A stretch of DNA of 64,000 bases, taken from contig OZ251459.1 in assembly GCA_965242525.1 (NCBI GenBank), forward strand, positions 1,248,001 through 1,312,000. Reading direction: 5' to 3'. Origin of the DNA: an uncultured Candidatus Binatia bacterium (GTDB taxonomy: Bacteria > Desulfobacterota > Binatia > UBA9968 > JAJDTQ01). Each line of letters starts with the position of its first letter. Position 1 is the first letter of the stretch. The translations under genes were made by a program, and so were the position numbers. The notes beneath the pieces are model-generated. The model had not been told where the DNA came from. It was given only the letters and a program-made list of their open reading frames with translations, and searched no databases. Below are positions 37,272 to 46,425 of this stretch, one piece after another.

Positions 37272-38371
37272 CAGTGAGGTCCAGCCCCGATGATGTTCTT
37301 CTCCCAGATCTCCCCGAGCGAATAGTCCGCCAGCCATTCGTTGAGCTTTCCGGCATCCGGTCTGCCGAACTCCGTAGCTTCATCGTCATTTCGTTCTACG
37401 ACGACGATGTCCTCCGGCTCGCAGCTATCGACGAAAGCAGTGGATTGGGTGCCGAGCAGAACCTGCGTGTGTTGACTCGCGACGCGAAACAGCGAGGCGA
37501 CGACTTCGAGGGCATAGGGATGCAGTCCGAGTTCCGGTTCGTCCACAACGATCAGGCTGGGCAACCGGTGGCTGGGCAGCAACAGCAGCGAGATCAGGCA
37601 GATGGCCCGTAGCGTGCCGTCCGAAAGCTGATGCGGACCGAGTACGAGGTCCGACCCGCGATGCCGCCAATTGAGGATGATGTCTCTGGAGTCCGGCTCC
37701 AGGACGAAGTCCTCGAAGAACGGCGCCACCTGCCTTACCGTGGCGACGATGCGCCGATAGGCTGGTTGTCCGGAGGATTTCAGATCGTACAGGATGGGCG
37801 CCAAGTTCGCCGCGTCGGGCATGAGCCAAGAGTTGTGATCGACGTAGCAATATTGAAGGAGCCGCGCGGACGGCGACGTGTCGTGAAAATGGTAAACGCG
37901 GCAGTTGTTCAGCAGGTACGTCAGGTTCTTGGCCGTGACGTCGCCTTCTTCGACCTTGTCCTTGATCCGTGTTTCCTCATGACCGGCCCCCAACTGTACG
38001 ACTTTCGGCGTCGTGTAGCCTGTCTGGTGGAAGGAGATTTTTTCTTCAGCGAAAACCAGCGAATCCCCAGCGGCGTGGAAGAGTCTCATCCGATAGGTGT
38101 TGGTCCCGTTGTCGACGTCGAATTCCAGTTTCGCTTCCAACTGAGGGGTCTTCTTGGGACCGAAGTGCAGGTTCGCGGCGGCCCGACCGGTAGCGGCGAC
38201 GTATTGCTGAAGGCGTCCGCCCATCAGCTCGTTCATCAGCTTGAAGAACGCGATGAGATTACTCTTGCCGGCCCCGTTGGCGCCGATCAGGACGTTCAAC
38301 GGTCGGATCTCCAAGGCCGTCTCCCTGATGGAGCGGAAGCCCCTGATCGTAACCTTCCTCAGCCTCGACAT
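37271..38371 (-). CDS. AAA_21/AAA_15-type ABC-family ATPase
   Basis: IRGFRSI, Walker A GANGAGKS, signature LSDGT, Walker B/D-loop VVDEPELGLHP, TQS; TGATG overlap with the downstream gene. Confidence 0.9.
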   Translation of the reverse strand: MSRLRKVTIRGFRSIRETALEIRPLNVLIGANGAGKSNLIAFFKLMNELMGGRLQQYVAATGRAAANLHFGPKKTPQLEAKLEFDVDNGTNTYRMRLFHAAGDSLVFAEEKISFHQTGYTTPKVVQLGAGHEETRIKDKVEEGDVTAKNLTYLLNNCRVYHFHDTSPSARLLQYCYVDHNSWLMPDAANLAPILYDLKSSGQPAYRRIVATVRQVAPFFEDFVLEPDSRDIILNWRHRGSDLVLGPHQLSDGTLRAICLISLLLLPSHRLPSLIVVDEPELGLHPYALEVVASLFRVASQHTQVLLGTQSTAFVDSCEPEDIVVVERNDDEATEFGRPDAGKLNEWLADYSLGEIWEKNIIGAGPH

Positions 38372-38442
38372 ACCGACCCCGTATCCCGTTTCGTCAGCGC
38401 CATGCCGGGTCCCTTGCCGTCATGCGCCTGTGCGGCTCCTCC

Positions 38443-39816
38443 TCAGCCGTTCTCCGTCAAAAAATAGCCGCCCGTGACCGCGTCATGCCAGGTCTTGGCC
38501 GCGACCGGGGCGACGCCCAGGGGCAGGTCGGCCTCCGGTTTCCAGTAGGAGTGGACGCCGGCCTGGAAGTGGACCAGGGCGGTCCTGGGCGGCGGGTCCA
38601 TGCGGGCGTACATGGGCATCACCAGGCTCCGGTAGGTGGCGGCGTCGTGGTCCCGGCTGTCCTTGGTGACGCAGAAGAGGACCGGCGGCACCGGCTTGAC
38701 GCCGGGGCCTCGAAGCTCGCGTCCGTAACCGAGGTAACGCTGCACCAGCGCCCGGGTCTCCTCCGGGTCCAGGCCCATGCGCCGGGCCGAGACCCGGGCG
38801 GCTTCTTCCAGGGACGGCTCGATGTTGGTGCTGACCACGTACTCGCACTTGAACTGGGGCCGGGCCCGGGCCGCCTCCCACGCCTCCATCACCTCCTCGA
38901 TGACCAGCGGCAGCCGCATCAGCGCCACCGGCCCCTCCTGGCCCAGCTTCTCCGGTCCGATGTAGCGCGCCTTGTCGCGCCAAGTGCGGATGTAGAGCTC
39001 GTGGAACGGGTCCACCCGCCGGGTCTCGGTCACCTTCCGGGCGTAGTCGCCGATGGCCCCCAGGGAGCCGATCTCCGCCAGCTTGGCCTCGTTGACGTAG
39101 CCGAAGGCCGAGTTCTCGATGGCCACCACGCCCGCGACGTTGGGCACGCGCTGGGACAGCATGAAGACGAAGGGGCCGCCGGTGGAGTGGCCGTGGACGT
39201 AGATGGAATACTCCCCTTCCGGCAGGTTGCGCGCCATCACCTGCTTGCCGCCCTCCTCGAAGGCCGCGGGCCAGCCCGCCATGCGATGCCAGAACGTGGT
39301 GTCCGGTTTGGCGTGGAGCACCGTGCGGGTGCCGTAGCGTTCGCGGATGGAGTGGTCCTCCACCGCCTCGTACTGGTCCGGGGTGATGTGCTCGCCGCTG
39401 AGCCAGATGGGGGTGCGGACGGCGCCGTCCGGGCCGATGGTGTCCCCGGGCCAGTCCCGCGACGGATGGTCCAGGTAGAGCCGGCCCGGATAGGTCATGG
39501 TGGCCACCTTGAAGCCGAACTTGCCGGCCAGGAGCCGCGCCATGGGCGCCATGGTCTTGAAGTCGCCGTCGCCGCCGGAAAGGAGATAGACGCCCGCCTT
39601 GCGCCCGTCCGCGCCCACGGCCGCCCTTCCGGGGTCCTCGGGCTCGTAGATCTGCGCGCCGATGTCCCAGTCCAGGTCCACCGCGCGGATGCGGAACAGG
39701 TCCTCGTGCTCCCTGAGGGGAACGTCCGGCATGGCCAGCACCGCGCCGGACTCCGCCAGGCACTGCTCGCGCGACACTTCCTCCGGGGGGCTCCATCCTG
39801 CAGTGCGTGTGGTCAT
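38443..39816 (-). CDS. Hypothetical protein, probable alpha/beta-hydrolase fold
   Basis: Nucleophile elbow YVHGHSTGG, candidate Asp (KDSRD) and His (GVHSY). Confidence 0.65.
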   Translation of the reverse strand: MTTRTAGWSPPEEVSREQCLAESGAVLAMPDVPLREHEDLFRIRAVDLDWDIGAQIYEPEDPGRAAVGADGRKAGVYLLSGGDGDFKTMAPMARLLAGKFGFKVATMTYPGRLYLDHPSRDWPGDTIGPDGAVRTPIWLSGEHITPDQYEAVEDHSIRERYGTRTVLHAKPDTTFWHRMAGWPAAFEEGGKQVMARNLPEGEYSIYVHGHSTGGPFVFMLSQRVPNVAGVVAIENSAFGYVNEAKLAEIGSLGAIGDYARKVTETRRVDPFHELYIRTWRDKARYIGPEKLGQEGPVALMRLPLVIEEVMEAWEAARARPQFKCEYVVSTNIEPSLEEAARVSARRMGLDPEETRALVQRYLGYGRELRGPGVKPVPPVLFCVTKDSRDHDAATYRSLVMPMYARMDPPPRTALVHFQAGVHSYWKPEADLPLGVAPVAAKTWHDAVTGGYFLTENG

Positions 39817-39843
39817 CGTCGCCTCCTCCGTTCGATCCGTGCG

Positions 39844-40347
39844 TCAGCCGCCGTAGAAGGTCTTCTCCCCCAGGTCCTTGAGCAGGAGCGTGGCGTCGTC
39901 GGGACGGCCGGAGATCTCGGCTCGGACCCCGGCCTCCACCACCTCGCCGACGAAGACGGAATGGTCGCCCTTCTCCACGGTGTCCACGAGCTTGCACTCG
40001 ACGAACGCAGGCGCGTCCGTCAGCACCGGAGCTCCCGTGACCCCGGCCGAGAACGACTGTCCGCCGATGGTGTCCCCTTCCCGCTCCAGCGACTTGAAGA
40101 AGGTGAAGGCCAAACCCTGCTGGTCCTTGCCCAGGACGTTCAGGGCGAAGTTCCCCGATCCCTTGATGATGTCGTGGGCGCCGGAGTCGGCCTTGACTCC
40201 CACCGCCACCAGCGGGGGCGCAAAGGACGCCTGGGTGGCCCAGTTGACGGTGGCCGCGGCCACGCGGCCATCCTTTGCTTCACCGGTCAAGACGTACAAA
40301 CCGTAGGGGATCATGCGAAGCGCGGTCTTCTTGGCGTCTGCGTCCAT
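39844..40347 (-). CDS. Flavin reductase-like FMN-binding protein
   Basis: IPYGLYVLT, QASFAPPLV, FALNVL, GDHSVFVGEV. Confidence 0.9.
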   Translation of the reverse strand: MDADAKKTALRMIPYGLYVLTGEAKDGRVAAATVNWATQASFAPPLVAVGVKADSGAHDIIKGSGNFALNVLGKDQQGLAFTFFKSLEREGDTIGGQSFSAGVTGAPVLTDAPAFVECKLVDTVEKGDHSVFVGEVVEAGVRAEISGRPDDATLLLKDLGEKTFYGG

Positions 40348-40464
40348 TCCGTTCCTCCTCCAGTGGCTGTAGTGGCCGCGCTGCGCCATGCGAACGCGGC
40401 CGTGAGCGGGTGATGAAATGTGAGGGCCAAACTAGCAATTCCGGCATGAACCGTAAAGCCGTAC

Positions 40465-40480
40465 GCCAATCGTATGCCAA
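40465..40480 (-). promoter_or_regulatory. Putative sigma54 -24/-12 promoter for the flavin reductase operon
   Basis: Minus strand TTGGCATACGATTGGC fits GG-N10-GC, in an AT-richer intergenic region. Confidence 0.4.
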
Positions 40481-40538
40481 TATCGAAAGGAATCTGTTAG
40501 GTTCGAGGGAGGCGCGGAACCACCGCCGCCGGACTGCC

Positions 40539-41498
40539 ATGACGCCCCCCAAAGTCCATATCGACGGCCACGCGGGCACCACGGGACTGCGCATACGCGA
40601 ATGGCTCGCGGGGCGCCGCGACATCGAGACGTCCCTGCTGGACGAGGGCCGGCGCAAGGACCACGCGGCCCGGCGCGGGGCCATGGAGGACTCGGACCTG
40701 ACCATCCTGTGCCTGCCGGACGACGCGGCCCGGGAAGCCGCCGAGTGGGCCCGGGCCTGCGGGACCCGCCTCATCGACGCCAGCACCGCCCACCGGGTCG
40801 CCCGCGGGTGGACCTATGGTCTCCCGGAGCTGGACGCGGCCCGGCGCGATGCCATCCGCGAGGCGCGCTTCGTGGCCAACCCGGGATGTTACCCGTCGGC
40901 GTTCCTCCTCCTGGTCCGGCCGCTGGTGGACGCGGGGCTGCTGCCCCGGGACGCCCCGGTCTCCATCCACGCCCTCTCGGGCTACTCGGGCGGCGGGCGG
41001 GGGCTGATCGAGAAGTGGGAGGGCGCGGACGCGGGCCTGAGCTCCCTGCCCTACGAGGCGCCCTACGCCCTGGGCGCGCGGCACAAGCACATGTCCGAGA
41101 TGACCGCCTACAGCGGCCTCGCCAGCGAACCGCTGTTCGTGCCCGCGGTGGGGCCGTTCCGCTGCGGCATGCGGGTGGAGGTGCCGCTCCATCTCGGCAT
41201 GACGTCCGCGGGGTGCAACGGCGCGGCGGTCCTGGACTGCCTCCGGGAGCGCTACCACGGCGAGCCCTTCGTGCGCGTGCTCCACCACCCGGACCCGCGC
41301 GAGGCCCACGAGCGCAGTTTCGACCCCCGGGCCTGCAACGACACCAACGCCATGGACCTCCACGTGGCGCCCCACCCTTCCGGGCACACGCTGCTGGTGG
41401 CCATCCTCGACAACCTGGGCAAGGGCGCCTGCGGGGCAGCCATACAGAACATGAACCTGATGCTCGGATTCCCCGAGACCGCGCACCTGCCCGGCTGA
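40539..41498 (+). CDS. argC: N-acetyl-gamma-glutamyl-phosphate reductase (type 2)
   Basis: IDGHAGTTGL, LCLPDD, DASTAHR, ANPGCY, SGYSGGG, DNLGKGA. Confidence 0.95.
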   Translation: MTPPKVHIDGHAGTTGLRIREWLAGRRDIETSLLDEGRRKDHAARRGAMEDSDLTILCLPDDAAREAAEWARACGTRLIDASTAHRVARGWTYGLPELDAARRDAIREARFVANPGCYPSAFLLLVRPLVDAGLLPRDAPVSIHALSGYSGGGRGLIEKWEGADAGLSSLPYEAPYALGARHKHMSEMTAYSGLASEPLFVPAVGPFRCGMRVEVPLHLGMTSAGCNGAAVLDCLRERYHGEPFVRVLHHPDPREAHERSFDPRACNDTNAMDLHVAPHPSGHTLLVAILDNLGKGACGAAIQNMNLMLGFPETAHLPG

Positions 41499-41532
41499 CC
41501 CGCGGGAGCCCGCGCGGCGCGGACCCGCGGCG

Positions 41533-42288
41533 TCAGGGCTTCCAGTAGGCCGCGGCCCCCTGCCACAGGAGCTTGACCTCCATCACCACGATCAGGCCCA
41601 CGATGACGCGGTTGAACCACTCCTTGCCGATGTAGCGGGTCACCCGCATGCCCAGGGGGAGGAACAGCGCGATGGGAACGAGCGCGAGCACGCCCTGGCC
41701 GAGACGCTGCGCGTCGAACAGCCCCGCGGCCGCCACGAAGAGGAAGTGCATGACGGTCAGGCCCAGGAACATGGCCGATACCGCGAAGATGTAGCCTTCC
41801 TTCTCCAGCCGGAACGCGTGCACCCACGCCGCCACCACCGCGCTGGACATGCCCGCGGCGCCCTGGGAGACCCCCGCCGCCGCGGCGATGAGGGGCGAGA
41901 GCACCCGGCCCAGCCTGCCGGTGAAGCGGATCTCGATGCGGAAGGCCAGGAGCGCCAAGTAGGAACCCACGCACGCCGCCAGCACGAGGTTCAGCACGCG
42001 CTCGTCCGAGGTGGCCAGGAACCACGTGCCCGCGGCGACCCCCACCGCCCCGGACAGGATCGCCCACATGAGGCCGGGAACGCCGTGGACCCCGGAGCGG
42101 TAGGACCACGCCACCCAGAAGTTGCTCACCATGTTGGGGATGGTGATGACGATGACCGCCTGCTGGGCGCCCAGGAAACCCGCCATGATGGGAACCGCGA
42201 TGAGCGGCAGGCCCATGCCCGTGGCTCCCTTGGAGAAGGCGCCCGCGGCCAGCGCGACGAATATGATGGACAGGGTCTCCAGGTGCAT
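41533..42288 (-). CDS. TauE/SafE sulfite exporter family membrane protein
   Basis: AGAFSKGATGMGLPLIAVP; about 8 TM helices. Confidence 0.85.
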   Translation of the reverse strand: MHLETLSIIFVALAAGAFSKGATGMGLPLIAVPIMAGFLGAQQAVIVITIPNMVSNFWVAWSYRSGVHGVPGLMWAILSGAVGVAAGTWFLATSDERVLNLVLAACVGSYLALLAFRIEIRFTGRLGRVLSPLIAAAAGVSQGAAGMSSAVVAAWVHAFRLEKEGYIFAVSAMFLGLTVMHFLFVAAAGLFDAQRLGQGVLALVPIALFLPLGMRVTRYIGKEWFNRVIVGLIVVMEVKLLWQGAAAYWKP

Positions 42289-42413
42289 GTGGGAAGCCTT
42301 GGTCGAAGCCCACGATTCTTGGTCGGAGTGGATGCGTTCCTCGGACCGGTTCCGCTTGGCCCCTACGTAGCCGACATTGCCACCCCGAGTCAAAACCCGC
42401 GGGGCCCGTCAAG

Positions 42414-42632
42414 GTCGATATCGTGGTGTTCGGAGGCGTTCCGCTGAACCTGTCGCTGGGCTACGACGGACTCGAGGAGACCATGCGCAAGACCGAGGAC
42501 GAGATCGGCGTTCCGGTCACCTCCAGCATCACCGCGCAGGTGAACGCGCTGAGGGCCCTGGGAGCCGGAAAGCTCATACTCGTCCACCCCTTCTCCGACC
42601 CCGAGGGGTTCCACGCGGAATACGTGATTCCA
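42414..42632 (+). pseudogene. Internal fragment of an Asp/Glu racemase / maleate isomerase family gene
   Basis: VDIVVFGGVP...EDEIGVPVTSSITAQVNALRALGAGKLILVHPF with host-like codon usage; N- and C-terminal parts absent. Confidence 0.65.
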
Positions 42633-42644
42633 TGCCCCGTTCGT

Positions 42645-44687
42645 TCAGAGGTCTATTTCTACTGTCCAGGGGCGCAAGGGTCGGCGGTTCTGTCCCGTCC
42701 TGATGCGGGAGATGGGATAATCGGGGAGTGGAAGGACAGCGATACACTTGCCTTCGAACAGCATGGAGTACGCATAGGTATAGACGCTGGGATCGTCCGA
42801 GGATGCGTACCGTTTGTGCTGTGCGAGCGAGCCCTCCGGGTCTTCCGGGGTCACGTACGCGAAGATCCCGCGCGGTCTCATGTCTTCCCGGCCGCAGGGA
42901 TCCTTGACGAAGACCAGCGCGTCGTCACCGAGATAGACGTCGAAGTAGGAGCGTGCTACGGGGTCTCCGGCGGACACCACCCGTCGGTACACGGTCCGAT
43001 ACAACTCCATCAGGTCGTCGATGCCTGCGGAATCATACAGGAACACCTGCCGGTTCCCGGGCGTGAGCAGGGCGTCGCTCTCCACGCGGTCGTAGGTGAC
43101 GATGAAATCCGCGGCGCGGGCGATGGCTTCCATGTCGGGGTCGCGCATCAGGATGCTCCCGGTCAGGTAGTATGTCCATCCGTGGGACACGTGGGGCACC
43201 CATGTGGCCTGCGCGAACGGTTCCGGGTTCACGGACTCGAGGATCATGACCGCCTTTCCCCGAGTGGTTTCGCGGATGGCCCCGAGTTCGGCCATGGCGC
43301 TCTGTTGGAGCTCGGCCGCATGGGCATCGGGACCCCATTGTCGATCCATCCGGAAGGCGGAGACGGCGAAGGCAAGCAGGGCCGCAGCGGCAAAGGCGGC
43401 TACCGGACCATGTCCCCATCGCTCGTGGACGTACAGCAGGAGCAGTGAGTAGAACACCAGCGGGACGCCCAGGTAGAACAGGGCCTCGTGGTTGAACCCG
43501 GCGTTGTGGCGCATGGGCAGGGCCCAGCAGAACCCGGACAGGGCAAGGGCGGCCAGCAGGAGGCGTTGCCGCCCTTCCAGCAACGGCCCCGCAAGCCGAA
43601 CGAGGGCCGCGGCTGCTCCCACGGCCGTCAGCAAGGCCAGGATGTATGCCAACGCTCGCGGCCCGGAGACCTCCGGGGCCGCGAAGTAGAGAGAGGGAAA
43701 CCACTCCAGCAGACCGGCTCCCCAGTCGCTCAGCACGAAGGGAACGGAGGCCACGCAGACGCGAAAGAACTGCTGTTGCAGGAAGCGCAGCCACCACCCG
43801 AAAGAGGCGGAGTCCTGGTCCAGTCCGGTGCGCCTGAGCATGGACTGGAACGACTGCAGTTCGGTCACCGGGGTCTCGCCCCGGGAGGCGGCGTACTCGT
43901 TGGCGAAGTTGAAGCTCAGGAGGGCCGCGCCGAACAGCAGCGCGGCCAAGCCAAGGACCGTGTAGCGGCTGCGCAGCACTGCGGCTGCGGCGGAGCGCAG
44001 CCGCGGCGCAGTTCCCTGCTTCCATGTCCGGACCGTCTCGCGGGCCAGCCCGAGGATGAGGAAGGGCAGCAGGAAGGCGTACACGTGCCAACCCAGGAGC
44101 AGCGCCACGCCGGTCTTGGCGAGCAACTGGGGGAAGCGTCCCTCCTGTACGAATACGGTCATGCCGTGGAAGGCCAGCATGACCGCGAACAGGTCCACGC
44201 TGCCCTCGGTGGTGACTGCGTCGCCGTAGAACAGCATGTAGTAGGAGGAGAAGGCCATGAGGGTGGCGGCCAGTGCGACCCAGGGGCGGGAGGTGATGCG
44301 CGCGAGGGAGCGGAAGGCGAGGACCGCGGCGGCGCTGAACAGGAGGAGCATGAGGATGCGGGCGGCGAGGATCTTTGCGGAGAGGTCGTTTCCGAAGGGG
44401 AGGATGGCGAGTTTGACGAGAGCGTAACCGCCGACGGGAAAGCGGCTGTACGTCTGGTACGTGGGAGCGCCGTCCAATCCCTGGTACCGCGCCCGGAACA
44501 ATCGGAAATGGTGGTCGGGCGACAGGTTCTCGGCCATCCCCATGTTCTTCAGGGTATCCAGGTCATGGGCGCCGGGACGATAGAAGGATCCCTTGTCCGC
44601 GCTGTACAGGAACAACGTGGACAGTGCGAGCAACAGCAACAGCAGGGGGAGGCGTTGGGGCTGGAAATCCGGGGGAGGGGGGGGCAT
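42645..44687 (-). CDS. Polytopic membrane protein, GT-C-like; paralogue 2
   Basis: Shares ENLSPDHHFRLFRAR, YSRFPVGGY, DRVESDALLTPGN and FEGKC with 33187..35352. Confidence 0.7.
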   Translation of the reverse strand: MPPPPPDFQPQRLPLLLLLLALSTLFLYSADKGSFYRPGAHDLDTLKNMGMAENLSPDHHFRLFRARYQGLDGAPTYQTYSRFPVGGYALVKLAILPFGNDLSAKILAARILMLLLFSAAAVLAFRSLARITSRPWVALAATLMAFSSYYMLFYGDAVTTEGSVDLFAVMLAFHGMTVFVQEGRFPQLLAKTGVALLLGWHVYAFLLPFLILGLARETVRTWKQGTAPRLRSAAAAVLRSRYTVLGLAALLFGAALLSFNFANEYAASRGETPVTELQSFQSMLRRTGLDQDSASFGWWLRFLQQQFFRVCVASVPFVLSDWGAGLLEWFPSLYFAAPEVSGPRALAYILALLTAVGAAAALVRLAGPLLEGRQRLLLAALALSGFCWALPMRHNAGFNHEALFYLGVPLVFYSLLLLYVHERWGHGPVAAFAAAALLAFAVSAFRMDRQWGPDAHAAELQQSAMAELGAIRETTRGKAVMILESVNPEPFAQATWVPHVSHGWTYYLTGSILMRDPDMEAIARAADFIVTYDRVESDALLTPGNRQVFLYDSAGIDDLMELYRTVYRRVVSAGDPVARSYFDVYLGDDALVFVKDPCGREDMRPRGIFAYVTPEDPEGSLAQHKRYASSDDPSVYTYAYSMLFEGKCIAVLPLPDYPISRIRTGQNRRPLRPWTVEIDL

Positions 44688-44765
44688 GTTTCTTCGGACA
44701 GGGATGCAGGAAGGGCCGGAGCGCCAAGCCCCGGCCCTTCCTCTGCTGCTACCGGCGTCGAAGCG

Positions 44766-46253
44766 CTATGCTTCGATCACGTGCCGCCACTTGGAGAAGA
44801 CCTTCTCCTTCAACTCGGGCGTGGACTCGGCCACCGGCGGAAAGTCCTTCATCCACTCGAAGGGCCGGGTGGCGTCGATGATGGCGCGGGAGTTGAAGCC
44901 CTTCTTGCCCGGGGGGATGCGCGGGTCCAGGGGTCCGCTCCAGCAGCGCCGCAGGATGTCGATGGAGTCCACGGGGTCGGAGCGCGTGGCCAGGGCCCAG
45001 AGCACGTCGAAGGTCTTGGTGGGGTCGATGTCGTCGTCCACCACGATGACGTAGCGTCCCAGGTACGCCCCGGCGTGCACCTGCGAGGCAACCATGCCGG
45101 CCTGGCGCGCGTGGCCGGGGTAGCGCTGCTTGATGGAGATGATGTTCAGCAGCCGTCCGCCCCCGGCCTCGTGGCACCAGACCCCCTTCACGTCCGGCAC
45201 CCCGGCCTTCTCCACCTGGTCCCAGATGAGGGACGCCTTCACCATGCACTTGGCGATGGAGTAGTCCGAAGGAGGCCGTCCGGGCCGGGCCGCGGTGAGG
45301 ATCGGGGCGTTGCGGTGGTAGATCCGCTGCACCCGGATCAGCGGCTCCGGGCGGGTGTTGCTGGCGTAGTACCCGGTCCATTCGCCGAACGGCCCTTCCG
45401 TGGCCCGTTCGTCCGGGTCCATGTAACCCTCGATGACGATCTCCGCATGGGCGGGGAACGGCAGCCCGGTCACCTGCCCCTGGATGACGTCGATGGGGCA
45501 GCCCTTGAGCCCGCCCGCGTAGTCGTATTCCGACACGCCGTAGTCCACCTCGTTGCCGGACACCATGAAGAGCACCGGGTCCTGGCCCACGCAGACGATG
45601 ACCGGACACTTCTCGCCCCGGTCGAACCACTTGTCGCGCTGGATGCGGCCGTGCTTGCCGGGCGAGATATAGACGTTCATGCTCTTCTCGTCCTGGACCA
45701 TGCCGCGGTACGTGCCGAAGTTGACCCATCCCTCGTCCGGGTCCCGGGTCACCACGAGACAGCCGGTGCCGATGTAGCGCCCGCCGTCCATCTCGTGGAC
45801 GAAGGGCACCGGGAACTTCAGCAGGTTGATGTCGTCGCCGGTCAGCACGTTCTCCATCACCGGCCCGGTCTCCACCACCCGGTGCGGGATCGGCTTGTGG
45901 ACCGAGATCTTTTCGCGGGTGGCCCGCACCAGGTCCAGGTCGGTGAGGTCGAGGGGCAGGCCCAGGGCCAGCGCCATGCGCTTGAACGACGCGTTCTGCG
46001 CGAACAACACCCGGTACCCCTCGGGGTAGTCCTTGATGTTGTCGTAGAGCACCGCGGGCACGGGACCCTTGCTGCCCTGGGCGATGAGCTCGGACAGGGT
46101 CCCCATCTCCAGGTTCCAGTCCACCCCATCGACTTTCTTCAGTTGCCCGAAGCTCTCCACGATCTCCAGCCATTCCCGCAGGTCGGTGTAGCTCGGGGTC
46201 CCGGCGGCCCCGGCCTCCTTCTCGACAATCCTGGTTGCTTCTAGTGCGGCCAT
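44766..46253 (-). CDS. UbiD family (prFMN-dependent) decarboxylase
   Basis: YTDLREWL, DGGRYIGT, NFGTYRG, EGPFGEWTGYY, VVDDDIDP, IDATRP. Confidence 0.93.
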   Translation of the reverse strand: MAALEATRIVEKEAGAAGTPSYTDLREWLEIVESFGQLKKVDGVDWNLEMGTLSELIAQGSKGPVPAVLYDNIKDYPEGYRVLFAQNASFKRMALALGLPLDLTDLDLVRATREKISVHKPIPHRVVETGPVMENVLTGDDINLLKFPVPFVHEMDGGRYIGTGCLVVTRDPDEGWVNFGTYRGMVQDEKSMNVYISPGKHGRIQRDKWFDRGEKCPVIVCVGQDPVLFMVSGNEVDYGVSEYDYAGGLKGCPIDVIQGQVTGLPFPAHAEIVIEGYMDPDERATEGPFGEWTGYYASNTRPEPLIRVQRIYHRNAPILTAARPGRPPSDYSIAKCMVKASLIWDQVEKAGVPDVKGVWCHEAGGGRLLNIISIKQRYPGHARQAGMVASQVHAGAYLGRYVIVVDDDIDPTKTFDVLWALATRSDPVDSIDILRRCWSGPLDPRIPPGKKGFNSRAIIDATRPFEWMKDFPPVAESTPELKEKVFSKWRHVIEA

Positions 46254-46425
46254 ACGATACCGGCTCCTTCCTTGGATGTTGGTTCTCGTTCCGGGGCGCT
46301 CTCCCCTGCCCTGCCTATAATATCTTTCCACACGGCCCTTTTCCAGTGCATGGCCCCTCTGCCTCGGGAAGGGCGCGTCCGGGCCGCAGCCCCGGACCGG
46401 GTGGAGGGACCGCGGGGCCGGTCCG

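Noticed and set aside
33187-44687. Diversity-generating retroelement acting on the paralogous membrane genes
   Set aside because: No reverse transcriptase, and the differences inspected are not adenine-specific and include indels
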